Assembly: GCA_964493715.1 (NCBI GenBank)
Contig: CAZBPC010000012.1
Coordinates: forward strand, 2,990-63,072
DNA: 60,083 bases
Reading direction: 5' to 3'
Source of the DNA: an uncultured archaeon
GTDB lineage: Archaea > Asgardarchaeota > Lokiarchaeia > Sigyniarchaeales > SOKP01
How positions within the stretch are numbered: position 1 is the stretch's first letter; every line of letters starts with the position of its first letter. The notes under the pieces were generated by a model. The model was not told the DNA's origin, searched no databases, and saw nothing but the letters and a program-made list of their open reading frames with translations. The translations under genes and the position numbers were made by a program. This document shows, piece after piece, positions 1-8,734 of this stretch.

Positions 1-214
1 ATGTTCTTCCTATAAGTCAAGTGAAGATTTTGGTATTTATATATTGGTATATTTTATACGTATTCGTATACTGCTTAGAATAGAATAGTTAAGAACTAAT
101 TGAAAATTTAGAATTATTATTATGATTTTTGGATAAAAATGTAAAATATAAATATCAAATTATAATCCTTTATATCACCTTCGAAATCCAATAAAATTAA
201 CTAATTAAAAATAG

Positions 215-550
215 GTGATTTATTTGGTATTAATTGTGACTCAACATTGGTGGCCACATGGGAAATCAGAAAAAGTTGGAAAATTATATCTTGAAGTGAT
301 GAAAAAATTTCCGGATGATAAATCAATTACAAAACCCATCCTACGATCTGCAATATGGGCAACTAAAGAGGGCATGTTTAGTACTACTATTAGCGCTATT
401 CAGCCGGGAAAAACTAAAGAAGCAATAGATATGGCAATGAAACGATTATTAATGATATCAGAATCCCTTGAGGGATTTAAATATGAGATTCATATTGCTA
501 ATGATCTCGTGGAAGGCATGCCGATAATAGGATTGGAAGCCCCAGAATAA
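215..550 (+). CDS. hypothetical protein (111 aa)
   Basis: Clean ORF with GTG start overlapping an AGGTGA SD-like sequence; T-tract downstream; no recognised motif. Confidence 0.75.
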   Translation: MIYLVLIVTQHWWPHGKSEKVGKLYLEVMKKFPDDKSITKPILRSAIWATKEGMFSTTISAIQPGKTKEAIDMAMKRLLMISESLEGFKYEIHIANDLVEGMPIIGLEAPE

Positions 551-742
551 TGTAACTATAAATTAATTTCTCTTTTTTTTATAAAATCTTGCTTCTATTA
601 CTCTATAGATTAATTCATAGTAAAAGGAGTATAATTTTTGTTTTTCACCGTTCTTTTTTCAAATTCATTCAAATTATTGATTTAACAAATAAATTACGAA
701 TATTAAATTATTTTAAGGATCTGAGTTTAATGAAAATTTAGT

Positions 743-796
743 AAAATTTTATGAGTTATAATCAAAAATTTTATGAGATTATAATTATTCTCTCAT
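743..796. promoter_or_regulatory. candidate operator upstream of cysE: tandem direct repeat plus inverted repeat
   Basis: AAAATTTTATGAG(A)TTATAAT at 743-762 and 765-785; ATGAGA (773-778) / TCTCAT (791-796) inverted repeat. Confidence 0.4.
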
Positions 797-839
797 GTAA
801 ATTATTAATGATATTTCCAAATAATACAGGTAAATTTCT

Positions 840-1691
840 ATGGAAATGAACGATTTTTTAAATTGCCTTAGTTGCGGAAAAAAACTAGGAACCAAGGCTC
901 GAGGATTGAATAACAATAATTTTTGTGCTGAATGCTTAATGAAACTTGATTTTAAAACCGAAGAAATTAATCAAGATAAAGTAGATATAAATCTCCAACG
1001 TATACTCAATTTTTTCATATCAGATGTAAGTTGCGTGTTTCATAAAGATCCTGCGGCTCATACGCTCATTGAAGTGCTAACAAGTTATCCCGGGATTAAA
1101 GCTATACTATTACACAGAATTTCACATTTCTTTCATAAGTTAGGAATGCCTTTTGTTCCTAGATATATATCAGATATTGCAAGGGAGTTAACTGCTATTG
1201 AAATTCATCCCGGTGCAGAAATTGGAAGTGAATTTTTTATTGATCATGGCGCGGGGGTTGTTATTGGAGAAACAGCCATTATTGGCAATAATGTAACAAT
1301 GTATGCAGGAGTTGTATTAGGGGGTACAAATTTAAAGCAAGGGAAGAGACATCCAACTATTGGCAATAACGTGGTGATTGGAACAGGAGCGAAAGTTCTT
1401 GGTCCTATAACTGTAGGCGATAACGTAAGAATTGGGGCAAATTCTGTAGTAATCCATAATGTTCCCGAGGGTTCAGTTGTAGTTGGAGTTCCAGGGAGAA
1501 TTGTCTCTCGTGAAGGAGAAAAAATTAAAAAAATAGATTTAAGACACGGAGATCTTCCTGATCCCTTGTCTATAACAATTTCAAATTTAGAAGAGCGGAT
1601 AAGAGAGATGGAAAGCAAGTTAGATATTAATCCTAAAAAGGGTGATGATTATATTGAAATTTTCTATGGAGAACAAGGAGGAGGTATATAA
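840..1691 (+). CDS. cysE: serine O-acetyltransferase with N-terminal Zn-finger-like extension
   Basis: DPAA, YPG, EIHPGA, FIDHG, KRHPT motifs and hexapeptide repeats; N-terminal CxxC...CxxC; C-terminal ...GGGI. Confidence 0.95.
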   Translation: MEMNDFLNCLSCGKKLGTKARGLNNNNFCAECLMKLDFKTEEINQDKVDINLQRILNFFISDVSCVFHKDPAAHTLIEVLTSYPGIKAILLHRISHFFHKLGMPFVPRYISDIARELTAIEIHPGAEIGSEFFIDHGAGVVIGETAIIGNNVTMYAGVVLGGTNLKQGKRHPTIGNNVVIGTGAKVLGPITVGDNVRIGANSVVIHNVPEGSVVVGVPGRIVSREGEKIKKIDLRHGDLPDPLSITISNLEERIREMESKLDINPKKGDDYIEIFYGEQGGGI

Positions 1692-1733
1692 AATAATGAA
1701 AATTATAACACGTAAAAATAGTATGTGATAATA

Positions 1734-2660
1734 ATGGGTGCATTTAATAATATTATTGAAGCCATTGGAAATACTCCATTGGTTAGATTAAATAAAATTG
1801 CTGAAAGTGCTAAACCGACGATTTATGCTAAATTAGAATATTTTAACCCCGGAGGAAGTGTGAAGGATAGAATTGGTATGAGCATGTTGCTCAAGGCTGA
1901 AGAAGAAGGGTTAATTTCTAAAGAAACAACTATTGTGGAACCTACTTCAGGGAATACTGGGATTGGATTAGCATTAGTAAGTGCTGCTAAAGGATATAAA
2001 ATAATCTTGGTAATGCCCGAAAGCGTATCTATTGAAAGAGTTCAGATCCTTAAAGCTTATGGGGCAGAAGTGATTTTAACACCTAAAGAGAAAGGAATGA
2101 AGGGATCTATTGCTAAAGCTGAAGAATTAGCAAAAGAGAAAGGAAACGTCTATATCCCTCAACAATTCAAAAATCAAGCTAATCCCGATATCCATAGAAG
2201 AACTACGGCAAAAGAAATTTTCAATGATTTAGCAGGTCACGTTGATGCGTTCGTAGCTGGTGTCGGGACTGGTGGTACGATAACGGGTGTAGGAGAAATT
2301 CTAAAAAAAAAAGTTGGAGAACGAGTGAAGATTTATGCGGTTGAACCTAAAGATTCACCAGTATTATCGGGTGGATCTCCGGGACCTCATAAAATTCAAG
2401 GGATTGGAGCGGGCTTTATTCCAGAAGTATTGAATACTAAAATTTATGAAAGAGTGATAGCAGTCGAATATGAAGATGCTGTAGCAACTGCAAGAAAATT
2501 AGCAAGATTGGAAGGTATATTTGTAGGGATTTCAGCTGGTGCAAGCGCATGGGCTGCCATTTATGAAGTTTCAAAAGAATTTAATGAAAGTGAAAATATT
2601 GTCGTTCTCTTACCCGATGGAGGAGAGAAATATTTATCTACTGATCTATTTCGATTCTAA
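1734..2660 (+). CDS. cysK: cysteine synthase A (O-acetylserine sulfhydrylase)
   Basis: NPGGSVKDR (PLP lysine), EPTSGNTG, GVGTGGT, HKIQGIG; ATG at 1734 preferred to GTG at 1725. Confidence 0.95.
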   Translation: MGAFNNIIEAIGNTPLVRLNKIAESAKPTIYAKLEYFNPGGSVKDRIGMSMLLKAEEEGLISKETTIVEPTSGNTGIGLALVSAAKGYKIILVMPESVSIERVQILKAYGAEVILTPKEKGMKGSIAKAEELAKEKGNVYIPQQFKNQANPDIHRRTTAKEIFNDLAGHVDAFVAGVGTGGTITGVGEILKKKVGERVKIYAVEPKDSPVLSGGSPGPHKIQGIGAGFIPEVLNTKIYERVIAVEYEDAVATARKLARLEGIFVGISAGASAWAAIYEVSKEFNESENIVVLLPDGGEKYLSTDLFRF

Positions 2661-2707
2661 GTAATTAATCTAAAGGAATAATTAGACATTATTAATTTTT
2701 TTTGATT

Positions 2708-3604
2708 TTAGTAAATTTGTGGTGTTTCTGTCATCAAAATATCATTAATTTTTTGCCAGTATTCCTCGATGTCCCACTTTAATTTGTTTTTTATCTTATC
2801 AGATATATCTGCTAAAACTTCTTTAATCCTTAAGGTATGAAAATAATTAATTAATGGAGCGATAACTGCAATCATGTATTGCTTTTCTCCAAACCTCTCA
2901 TCATCATCTGCATACGAATCAAAGAGAAGATATCCACGATTTTTTAAATTTTCAATATTTAATAAAACACCTTCAGCTTTAGTGATTTTATCATGACCAT
3001 AAATAGATGTTGCTACCATAAACAATTGATTCGCAATTTCCTCTAGAGATATGGGATAACTATTTTCTTCAGGGTAATAATTATTTAATTTTGGACCAAT
3101 CTTGTCATCCCAAAAGGTTACTATTAAGCGTGTAAATCCTCCTTGGACAAAAGTAGATAGTATCTTCAATTCAATATTCATGGTCGAAAAAACTTCATCG
3201 ATTTTGTTGTCTAATTCATTTACTTTTTTAATACGGGCAATTTTACCCGATATTATAGCTAACAAGTCCTTCTCGTCGAAAGGTTTTGTTAAATAATCGT
3301 CTACTCCTAACGACTTTCCAAACCTTATATCTTTAGGGGCAGTGCGAGCGGATAAAATAATGAAAGGAATTCGATTCCATCGCGGTTCGTTGGATATTGC
3401 TCTAAAGAATTCATATCCATCCATTTCTGGCATCATTATGTCACTAATGATAACATCGGGAACTTGTTCAAGTTCTGAAAGAATATTTAGGGCTGTTTTT
3501 CCGTTTTTAGCCGTAACTACTTTATAATTGTTCGATTCTAATACTAAATTCAAACTGTATAACAAATCAGCATTATCTTCAACAATAAGAATTAGAGGCT
3601 TCAA
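2708..3604 (-). CDS. response regulator: REC domain plus C-terminal longin/uDENN-like domain
   Basis: REC motifs ED, D55 (ISDIMMP), S85, KP; C-terminal FWDDKIGPKLNNYYP and DDDERFGEKQYMIAVI resemble longin/uDENN motifs (domain call is inference). Confidence 0.85.
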   Translation of the reverse strand: MKPLILIVEDNADLLYSLNLVLESNNYKVVTAKNGKTALNILSELEQVPDVIISDIMMPEMDGYEFFRAISNEPRWNRIPFIILSARTAPKDIRFGKSLGVDDYLTKPFDEKDLLAIISGKIARIKKVNELDNKIDEVFSTMNIELKILSTFVQGGFTRLIVTFWDDKIGPKLNNYYPEENSYPISLEEIANQLFMVATSIYGHDKITKAEGVLLNIENLKNRGYLLFDSYADDDERFGEKQYMIAVIAPLINYFHTLRIKEVLADISDKIKNKLKWDIEEYWQKINDILMTETPQIY

Positions 3605-3651
3605 ATCTATATTTAGTATATTGGAGTTTTTTTAATGATCAATTAGAGAAA

Positions 3652-5895
3652 TTAATACATATTCTCTTTTTTAATTATCGGTAGAAAAATGAAAAACGTT
3701 GATCCTTCACCATAAACACTTTGAATCCAAACTTCGCCATCATGAAGTTTTATTAGCTCTTTCGCTATAGATAATCCTAATCCCGTACCTGGAATATCGC
3801 TAACTTGTTCAGATCTAAAAAATCTTTGAAAAATAGAGGATAAATCTTCTTCCGATATACCAATTCCATGATCTTTAATCTGAAATAACACGCCATCTTT
3901 TTCATCGTGGTTGTACATCTTTTTGTAATGATTTTTAGCTTTAATCTCAATATTTTTATTTTCTTTTGAATATTTTATGGCGTTATCAATAAAAATGCGT
4001 AATATTTGGTCAATTTTTATCGGATCCCCATATAATTCAATATCTTCATCTATTTCTACGTTAAATTTAACATTTTTCGCATTTCCGATAGGTTCCATTA
4101 AAGTTAATATGTTGTTAATAATCGAAAGTGGATTATATTCTTCCCAATTTAATTTTATTTTACGCTCATCTATTTTCGATATGGTTAAAATATCATCTAC
4201 TAATTCTTTAAGAAGATAAATGTTTCTCTTGATTCCTTCCTGCAATTTTTTCCGTACATTTAAAGTAACTTTTTCAGCATGATTCTCTAAAAAATCAAGA
4301 GACATGATTAAAACGGAAATTGGTGTCCTCAACTCATGAGATACAGTAGAAGCAAACCGCTCCAAAGTTTGTTCAGCTTCTTTCCGAGCTGTTATATTCA
4401 AACCATAAATATTTGCATATCCTCTATCTTTTACTGGAAAAATGAAAAAATTATAAATTTGATCTTTTATTTTCAAATCGAATTCTAAATATTGGTTTTC
4501 AGAAAAAGATTTAATTATGTATTCTTGTAAAGCTTTAGGAATTTCACTCCCTTCTCTAATTAAAAATAACTCCTGGCTCCCTTTATTCGCCAAAAGTACG
4601 CGTTCATCATTCACCCTTAATACGGGGTTCGGGTTTTCTAATGGAAACCTTGCCATATCCTCTGATTTTTCTTGAGCAATCTTACGCTCAGTTATATTAG
4701 TATAATTTTGTATAATTCCAATGAATTCACCTTTCGCATTTTTATAAGGAACTGATCTTGCTAGAGTCACCATCTTCGAATCATCATCGAAATTCGTGAC
4801 TAATTCGTGTTCATAGTAGTCTTTTCCTCCTTGAATTTGATTCATTGAGCATAATTCGGTATTACAAGTATTTTCGTACCCTAAATGAAGGTCGTAACAT
4901 TTTTTACCTATAACATCTTCCTTGGCGACACGGAAAAGAGAAGCGTAGGTTTCATTGACTCTCATAATTTCGCATTCTCTACTGATTACTCTTATTGGTA
5001 GAGATGCATTAAACATTTGGTTAAATTCGGAATATGCATATTCTAATTGGGTTGCTTTTTCAATCGATGATTCCTCACTCATCTTCAACTTTCGAAATAA
5101 TAGATCAAAAGGAGTTTCTATGCCCAATTCGATTATTGCTTTATAGACAAGGAAAAAGGCAATTATCTTAAAAATATGACCAATATAATTAGAGAAGCCA
5201 ATTACACTAATATAAAACGTAAATGTCAATTCTGAAATCATCGTAACGATAATAGATACTACAATTAAAAGAAATATTTTCTGATCAAATTCCCCTTTTT
5301 GTTTAAATAAAACTAATAGGCTAAAGAAAAAAATTATGATTATAACGTACTCACTAATTATTTTAAACGAAGTTAACCCCACACCTTCGATATAGCATGT
5401 AGGGAAGAAGCCTTGGAATATCATGGTTATTAAAATAAAAAAGATGATGATATAACTAACAAATAAATAATTCACGTTTATCTTTTTTTTAATGATTAGG
5501 GAAGCAAATAAATATGAGAGCGCTTGCCAATATCGAGCTACGATCCATAATTGAGTCGCTAGGTTCGAACCAATTACATTAAATACACCCATTCCAGAGT
5601 AAGCTAAGGTGTGAAGTAAATCGATTGCACTTATGAAGAGAAAAGAGATCCCTAATGTTAAAAAGAAGGAGCTTTTCATGTATTTTCTTGAGTGCCAACC
5701 AACAAGAAAAATTCCTCCTGAAATAACAATACTGATTACTTCTGCAATAGAATGAAAAAGGAGGTAATTGTAAAAACTTATTAAATAAGTAAGAAACAAA
5801 CTTATTATTAATATTCCATATTCAATTAAATCTCGAAGAAATTTCGATTCTTTTAAATCATCTTTTATATTAAGAATGTCTCCATTATTAAGCAT
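3652..5895 (-). CDS. membrane sensor histidine kinase (MASE3-PAS-PAS-HisKA-HATPase)
   Basis: N-terminal multi-TM NYLLFHSIAE / DLLHTLAY / NLATQLW (MASE3-like); PAS segments; H-box SHELRTP; NAIKY, DHGIG, GTGLGL. Confidence 0.92.
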   Translation of the reverse strand: MLNNGDILNIKDDLKESKFLRDLIEYGILIISLFLTYLISFYNYLLFHSIAEVISIVISGGIFLVGWHSRKYMKSSFFLTLGISFLFISAIDLLHTLAYSGMGVFNVIGSNLATQLWIVARYWQALSYLFASLIIKKKINVNYLFVSYIIIFFILITMIFQGFFPTCYIEGVGLTSFKIISEYVIIIIFFFSLLVLFKQKGEFDQKIFLLIVVSIIVTMISELTFTFYISVIGFSNYIGHIFKIIAFFLVYKAIIELGIETPFDLLFRKLKMSEESSIEKATQLEYAYSEFNQMFNASLPIRVISRECEIMRVNETYASLFRVAKEDVIGKKCYDLHLGYENTCNTELCSMNQIQGGKDYYEHELVTNFDDDSKMVTLARSVPYKNAKGEFIGIIQNYTNITERKIAQEKSEDMARFPLENPNPVLRVNDERVLLANKGSQELFLIREGSEIPKALQEYIIKSFSENQYLEFDLKIKDQIYNFFIFPVKDRGYANIYGLNITARKEAEQTLERFASTVSHELRTPISVLIMSLDFLENHAEKVTLNVRKKLQEGIKRNIYLLKELVDDILTISKIDERKIKLNWEEYNPLSIINNILTLMEPIGNAKNVKFNVEIDEDIELYGDPIKIDQILRIFIDNAIKYSKENKNIEIKAKNHYKKMYNHDEKDGVLFQIKDHGIGISEEDLSSIFQRFFRSEQVSDIPGTGLGLSIAKELIKLHDGEVWIQSVYGEGSTFFIFLPIIKKENMY

Positions 5896-5923
5896 TATAT
5901 ATATAATATCTTTTTTCCATTTT

Positions 5924-6475
5924 TTATATTGCCAATTTTTGAAAAACAGTGTAAATCGATGTTTTGTAAATCTGGTAAGTGAAATCGCTCGGAATTAATC
6001 TCTTTATGCTTCTGATCAAATCAGAAACCACGCTTGCATTAAATTTGGAATTATTGAATTCCAAATCAGGATCATATTTATGTAAAAATATGGAAAAATT
6101 AACATTCAACTTATGTTTCCTTAGTAGAGCTATAATTTTACCCAAGTATTCTAATGAAATGTCGTACCGGTCCCGATCTTGGAAGTCTAAGACATAAATA
6201 AATTTCTTAATTTCTTTTATGTGGTTTTCAAAGTTGTTTAAATAACTTTCTCGAAATTGTTCTTGACCGCCGAAATCCCAGATGTTATATTCTGACCCAT
6301 ACGCTTGAAAATTACTGGTTTTAATTCCCCTCGTAGGTTTTATTAAGGAAAACCTCGAAAGATTCTTCACACCCATCAAACATAAAACAATAGATGATTT
6401 ACCAGAATTATCTAATCCCATGATTAATACTTTTTTTGTATTAATTAGTATATCTTCTTTCATTGCTATTTTCAT
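5924..6475 (-). CDS. small Ras-superfamily GTPase, Rag/Gtr-like or Arf-like, G domain only
   Basis: G1 GLDNSGKS, G2 PT, G3 WDFGGQ, G4 HKYD, G5 TSIY; HKxD plus TSI is Rag-like. Confidence 0.9.
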   Translation of the reverse strand: MKIAMKEDILINTKKVLIMGLDNSGKSSIVLCLMGVKNLSRFSLIKPTRGIKTSNFQAYGSEYNIWDFGGQEQFRESYLNNFENHIKEIKKFIYVLDFQDRDRYDISLEYLGKIIALLRKHKLNVNFSIFLHKYDPDLEFNNSKFNASVVSDLIRSIKRLIPSDFTYQIYKTSIYTVFQKLAI

Positions 6476-6502
6476 ATAAATTGGTAATTAAAATAGATAA
6501 TT

Positions 6503-6838
6503 CTATGGTAAAGTATCGATCACGTCTAAGTCTCTTAAGTTTTTAAGTTTCTCTTGATTTATCTGTACCACAAAAGATTTTATCTCCAATAAGAGTTTAA
6601 AGATATTTGAATTCTTAATATAATAGGATTTAGCACCATTTATTTTATCAAAAATAATGAGGTTTTTGTTGCTTAGAGCTTTTAAATGCTGAGAGATTGT
6701 AGATTGAGACTTATCTAGGGCTTTTTGAATCTCAGAAGATGTTTTTTTCTCATCTTTTAATAATTCTAACATATCCAATCGAGTTTGATCTGCTAAAACT
6801 TTTAGAAACTCAATAAACTCTGTTCTATTTTCACTCAT
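6503..6838 (-). CDS. ArsR/SmtB family transcriptional regulator
   Basis: FLKVLADQTRLDML...SQSTISQHLKAL winged HTH. Confidence 0.9.
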   Translation of the reverse strand: MSENRTEFIEFLKVLADQTRLDMLELLKDEKKTSSEIQKALDKSQSTISQHLKALSNKNLIIFDKINGAKSYYIKNSNIFKLLLEIKSFVVQINQEKLKNLRDLDVIDTLP

Positions 6839-6962
6839 TTAATAAAAAATCGTATTGTATTTTGGAAGTATGGTTTTAATTGCTTTTAAAGATATTTCTA
6901 ATGATCTATTAGTATTAACTAATAACTTATTTATAAATCACCGTAACATTTATATATCGACA

Positions 6963-6980
6963 TATCGTTATTATACGATA
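6963..6980. promoter_or_regulatory. palindromic candidate operator in the divergent ArsR/Lrp promoter
   Basis: TATCGT-N6-ACGATA perfect inverted repeat, with an extra TATCG half-site just upstream. Confidence 0.45.
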
Positions 6981-7008
6981 ATAACATAACAAAAAATAAT
7001 GTTTGATT

Positions 7009-7551
7009 ATGGAAAAATTAGAAAGCCAAGTTTTTAATATTGATGAGATTGATAAGAGCATAATTGAATTAATTCAAAAAGAACCTACACTTACTCATAC
7101 TGAAATCGCAAAACGAGTTGATCGGAGTCAACCCACAATAGGTATGAGGATTCGAAAACTTGAAAAAACAGGGGTTCTAAAATTTCAAGCTGGTATAAAT
7201 ATTAAGACCATGGACTTAATCCTAGCACGAGTTGAAATTCAAACTTTAGAACCAAACGAAACCATAGAATTAGTCAAAAAATGTCCCTACATGCTAAACG
7301 CTTTTCGCTTGAGCGGCAATTTTAATCTCAGTATTTTTGTAATAGGTACCAATATAGCAGATATTGATGAGATGGTTAATAATCATTTTAGAAAGAACCC
7401 TAACATCACTTCAGTTTATATGGATATAATTACTGATGTTACAAATGATTTTGTATTACCATTTGATTTCGAAAGTTGTGGTTACAGTTGTGGTTTAAGT
7501 CATAGTTTAAGTGATATATGCTGTAAAAAATGCTATAAATTACCACTTTGA
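7009..7551 (+). CDS. Lrp/AsnC family transcriptional regulator with Cys-rich C-terminal tail
   Basis: IDEIDKSII...HTEIAKRVDRSQPTIGMRIRKLEKTGV HTH; RAM-like domain; tail SCGYSCG...CCKKC; ATG at 7009 preferred to TTG at 7003. Confidence 0.88.
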   Translation: MEKLESQVFNIDEIDKSIIELIQKEPTLTHTEIAKRVDRSQPTIGMRIRKLEKTGVLKFQAGINIKTMDLILARVEIQTLEPNETIELVKKCPYMLNAFRLSGNFNLSIFVIGTNIADIDEMVNNHFRKNPNITSVYMDIITDVTNDFVLPFDFESCGYSCGLSHSLSDICCKKCYKLPL

Positions 7552-7885
7552 TTTTATTTTTCTCATTTTGAGTTTTGATAAAAACAATTAAAGCCTTAGA
7601 ACAAACCTAAGGAGTCAATTACTTTTGAGCAGATTAAATCCTATTTATTTCAAAAAGCAAACTAATCAATAAATGATGAAACTTATTTTTTTTTTGATAT
7701 AAGTTAAGATGAATACTCCGATTGGGATGAGGAAGAACTTGCAAAAGTGATTAAATATATGAAGCAAAAATGACCTAAGTAATATAATGAACATTATGAA
7801 GAGAAATCAGTCAACGATTTTAGCATCAAATACAGACCATTAAATACTTTTTTTAAAAAGAAGTAAATTTTTTTTAACGATCACA

Positions 7886-8075
7886 ATGAGAGATCTAGTA
7901 TTCCCGTTGCTTAAAAAATTGTCAGACATCGGAGATCTTAGGCTAAGCGTGCTATTCCCTCGAGGAAAAAATAGTCAAATGATTTCTCTCTGGAAATCAA
8001 ACAGTAAAAGACTTTTTAATTGAATAAGGATATTTGGATTTTTTGGATAGAGAAGAATTTTGGAGTCTCTTTTAG
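7886..8075 (+). pseudogene. decayed fragment of a Lokiarchaeia-type protein domain (FPLLKKL..GD...GYLDFLDREEFW)
   Basis: Manual translation gives RDLVFPLLKKLSDIGD, a frameshift, then EEKIVK*FLSGNQTVKDFLIE*GYLDFLDREEFWSL; family recalled from memory only. Confidence 0.45.
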
Positions 8076-8232
8076 GATCAACTCAAATTCGATGGAACAC
8101 AGGCAAACTCTCTCTGTTAATGATTATAAGGGTGAACTGGAGTGATAAAAGTAGTAATTTTGCAATGAAGCATTTCCTCAAGGTATTTACCGTTTAATAT
8201 AATAATTTAGTTGATTTTATTTTTATTAGGTG

Positions 8233-8434
8233 ATGAATATTTCGAAAATTGATGAAATTATTGAAGAATTAAATCAATTCCCTGAATAACTCTTGGATGA
8301 AATATTTGATTATGTTTGATATCTAAAAGCTAAATTAATTAAGGATAACATGGAAATTGCGATTGTAAGTGAATCAAGTCTTAAAAAAAGATTGGTCTCG
8401 TCCAGAGGAAGATGAAGCATGGCAAAATTTGTAA
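8233..8434 (+). pseudogene. DUF2281-like putative antitoxin pseudogene
   Basis: MNISKIDEIIEELNQFPE*LLDEIFDYV*YLKAK...SESSLKK, one extra A, then DWSRPEEDEAWQNL*; two stops and one frameshift; GGTGA SD-like sequence at the start. Confidence 0.65.
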
Positions 8435-8444
8435 AGGAAAAAAA

Positions 8445-8553
8445 AGCCAGCGATGGGATTTGCACCCATGATGCTAAAAGCAACGGCTCTGCAGGCCGCC
8501 TCCTTACTATTCCCGCAACCAAGATAAGTCTTGGTTCCCTCGGATACACTGGC
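8445..8553 (-). tRNA. tRNA-Cys(GCA) with a 29-nt D-loop intron and a long variable arm
   Basis: Acceptor GCCAGTG/CGCTGGC plus U73; anticodon arm GCGGC-CTGCAGA-GCCGT; T arm ATGGG-TGCAAAT-CCCAT; variable hairpin TGCT-TTT-AGCA; CCA not encoded; followed by a T-run. Confidence 0.93.
8510..8538 (-). other. tRNA intron at non-canonical position 15/16 (relaxed bulge-helix-bulge)
   Basis: GGAACCAAGACTTATCTTGGTTGCGGGAA; central helix TCCG/CGGG flanked by 3-nt bulges AG|G and AA|T; internal 8-bp hairpin AACCAAGA/TCTTGGTT. Confidence 0.75.
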
Positions 8554-8734
8554 GGTGTTGTTTTTTTAGAATAGCCCTTCTGGCTCTCTACTCACATTGT
8601 AAAGTGTTTTAAATTCTATTCTCTTATTATGAATATTGTGTTATATATTATATTATTATATTTAAGGTTAAAGATTAATTTTATGAAAAATTTTATTGAT
8701 CATCATCTGTTTTTTATAAGGTGGATAAATTATT

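Noticed and set aside
8233-8434. In-frame TGA in the DUF2281-like gene as Sec recoding
   Set aside because: The same gene also has a TAA and a frameshift, and the site is not a Cys-type position; this is decay.
8310-8549. 79-aa minus-strand ORF
   Set aside because: It overlaps the tRNA-Cys gene and the antisense of the DUF2281-like pseudogene; spurious.
8445-8553. tRNA-Sec, given the long variable arm and Sec use nearby
   Set aside because: Anticodon is GCA, discriminator is U, and the acceptor/T stems are a canonical 7/5 rather than 9/4.
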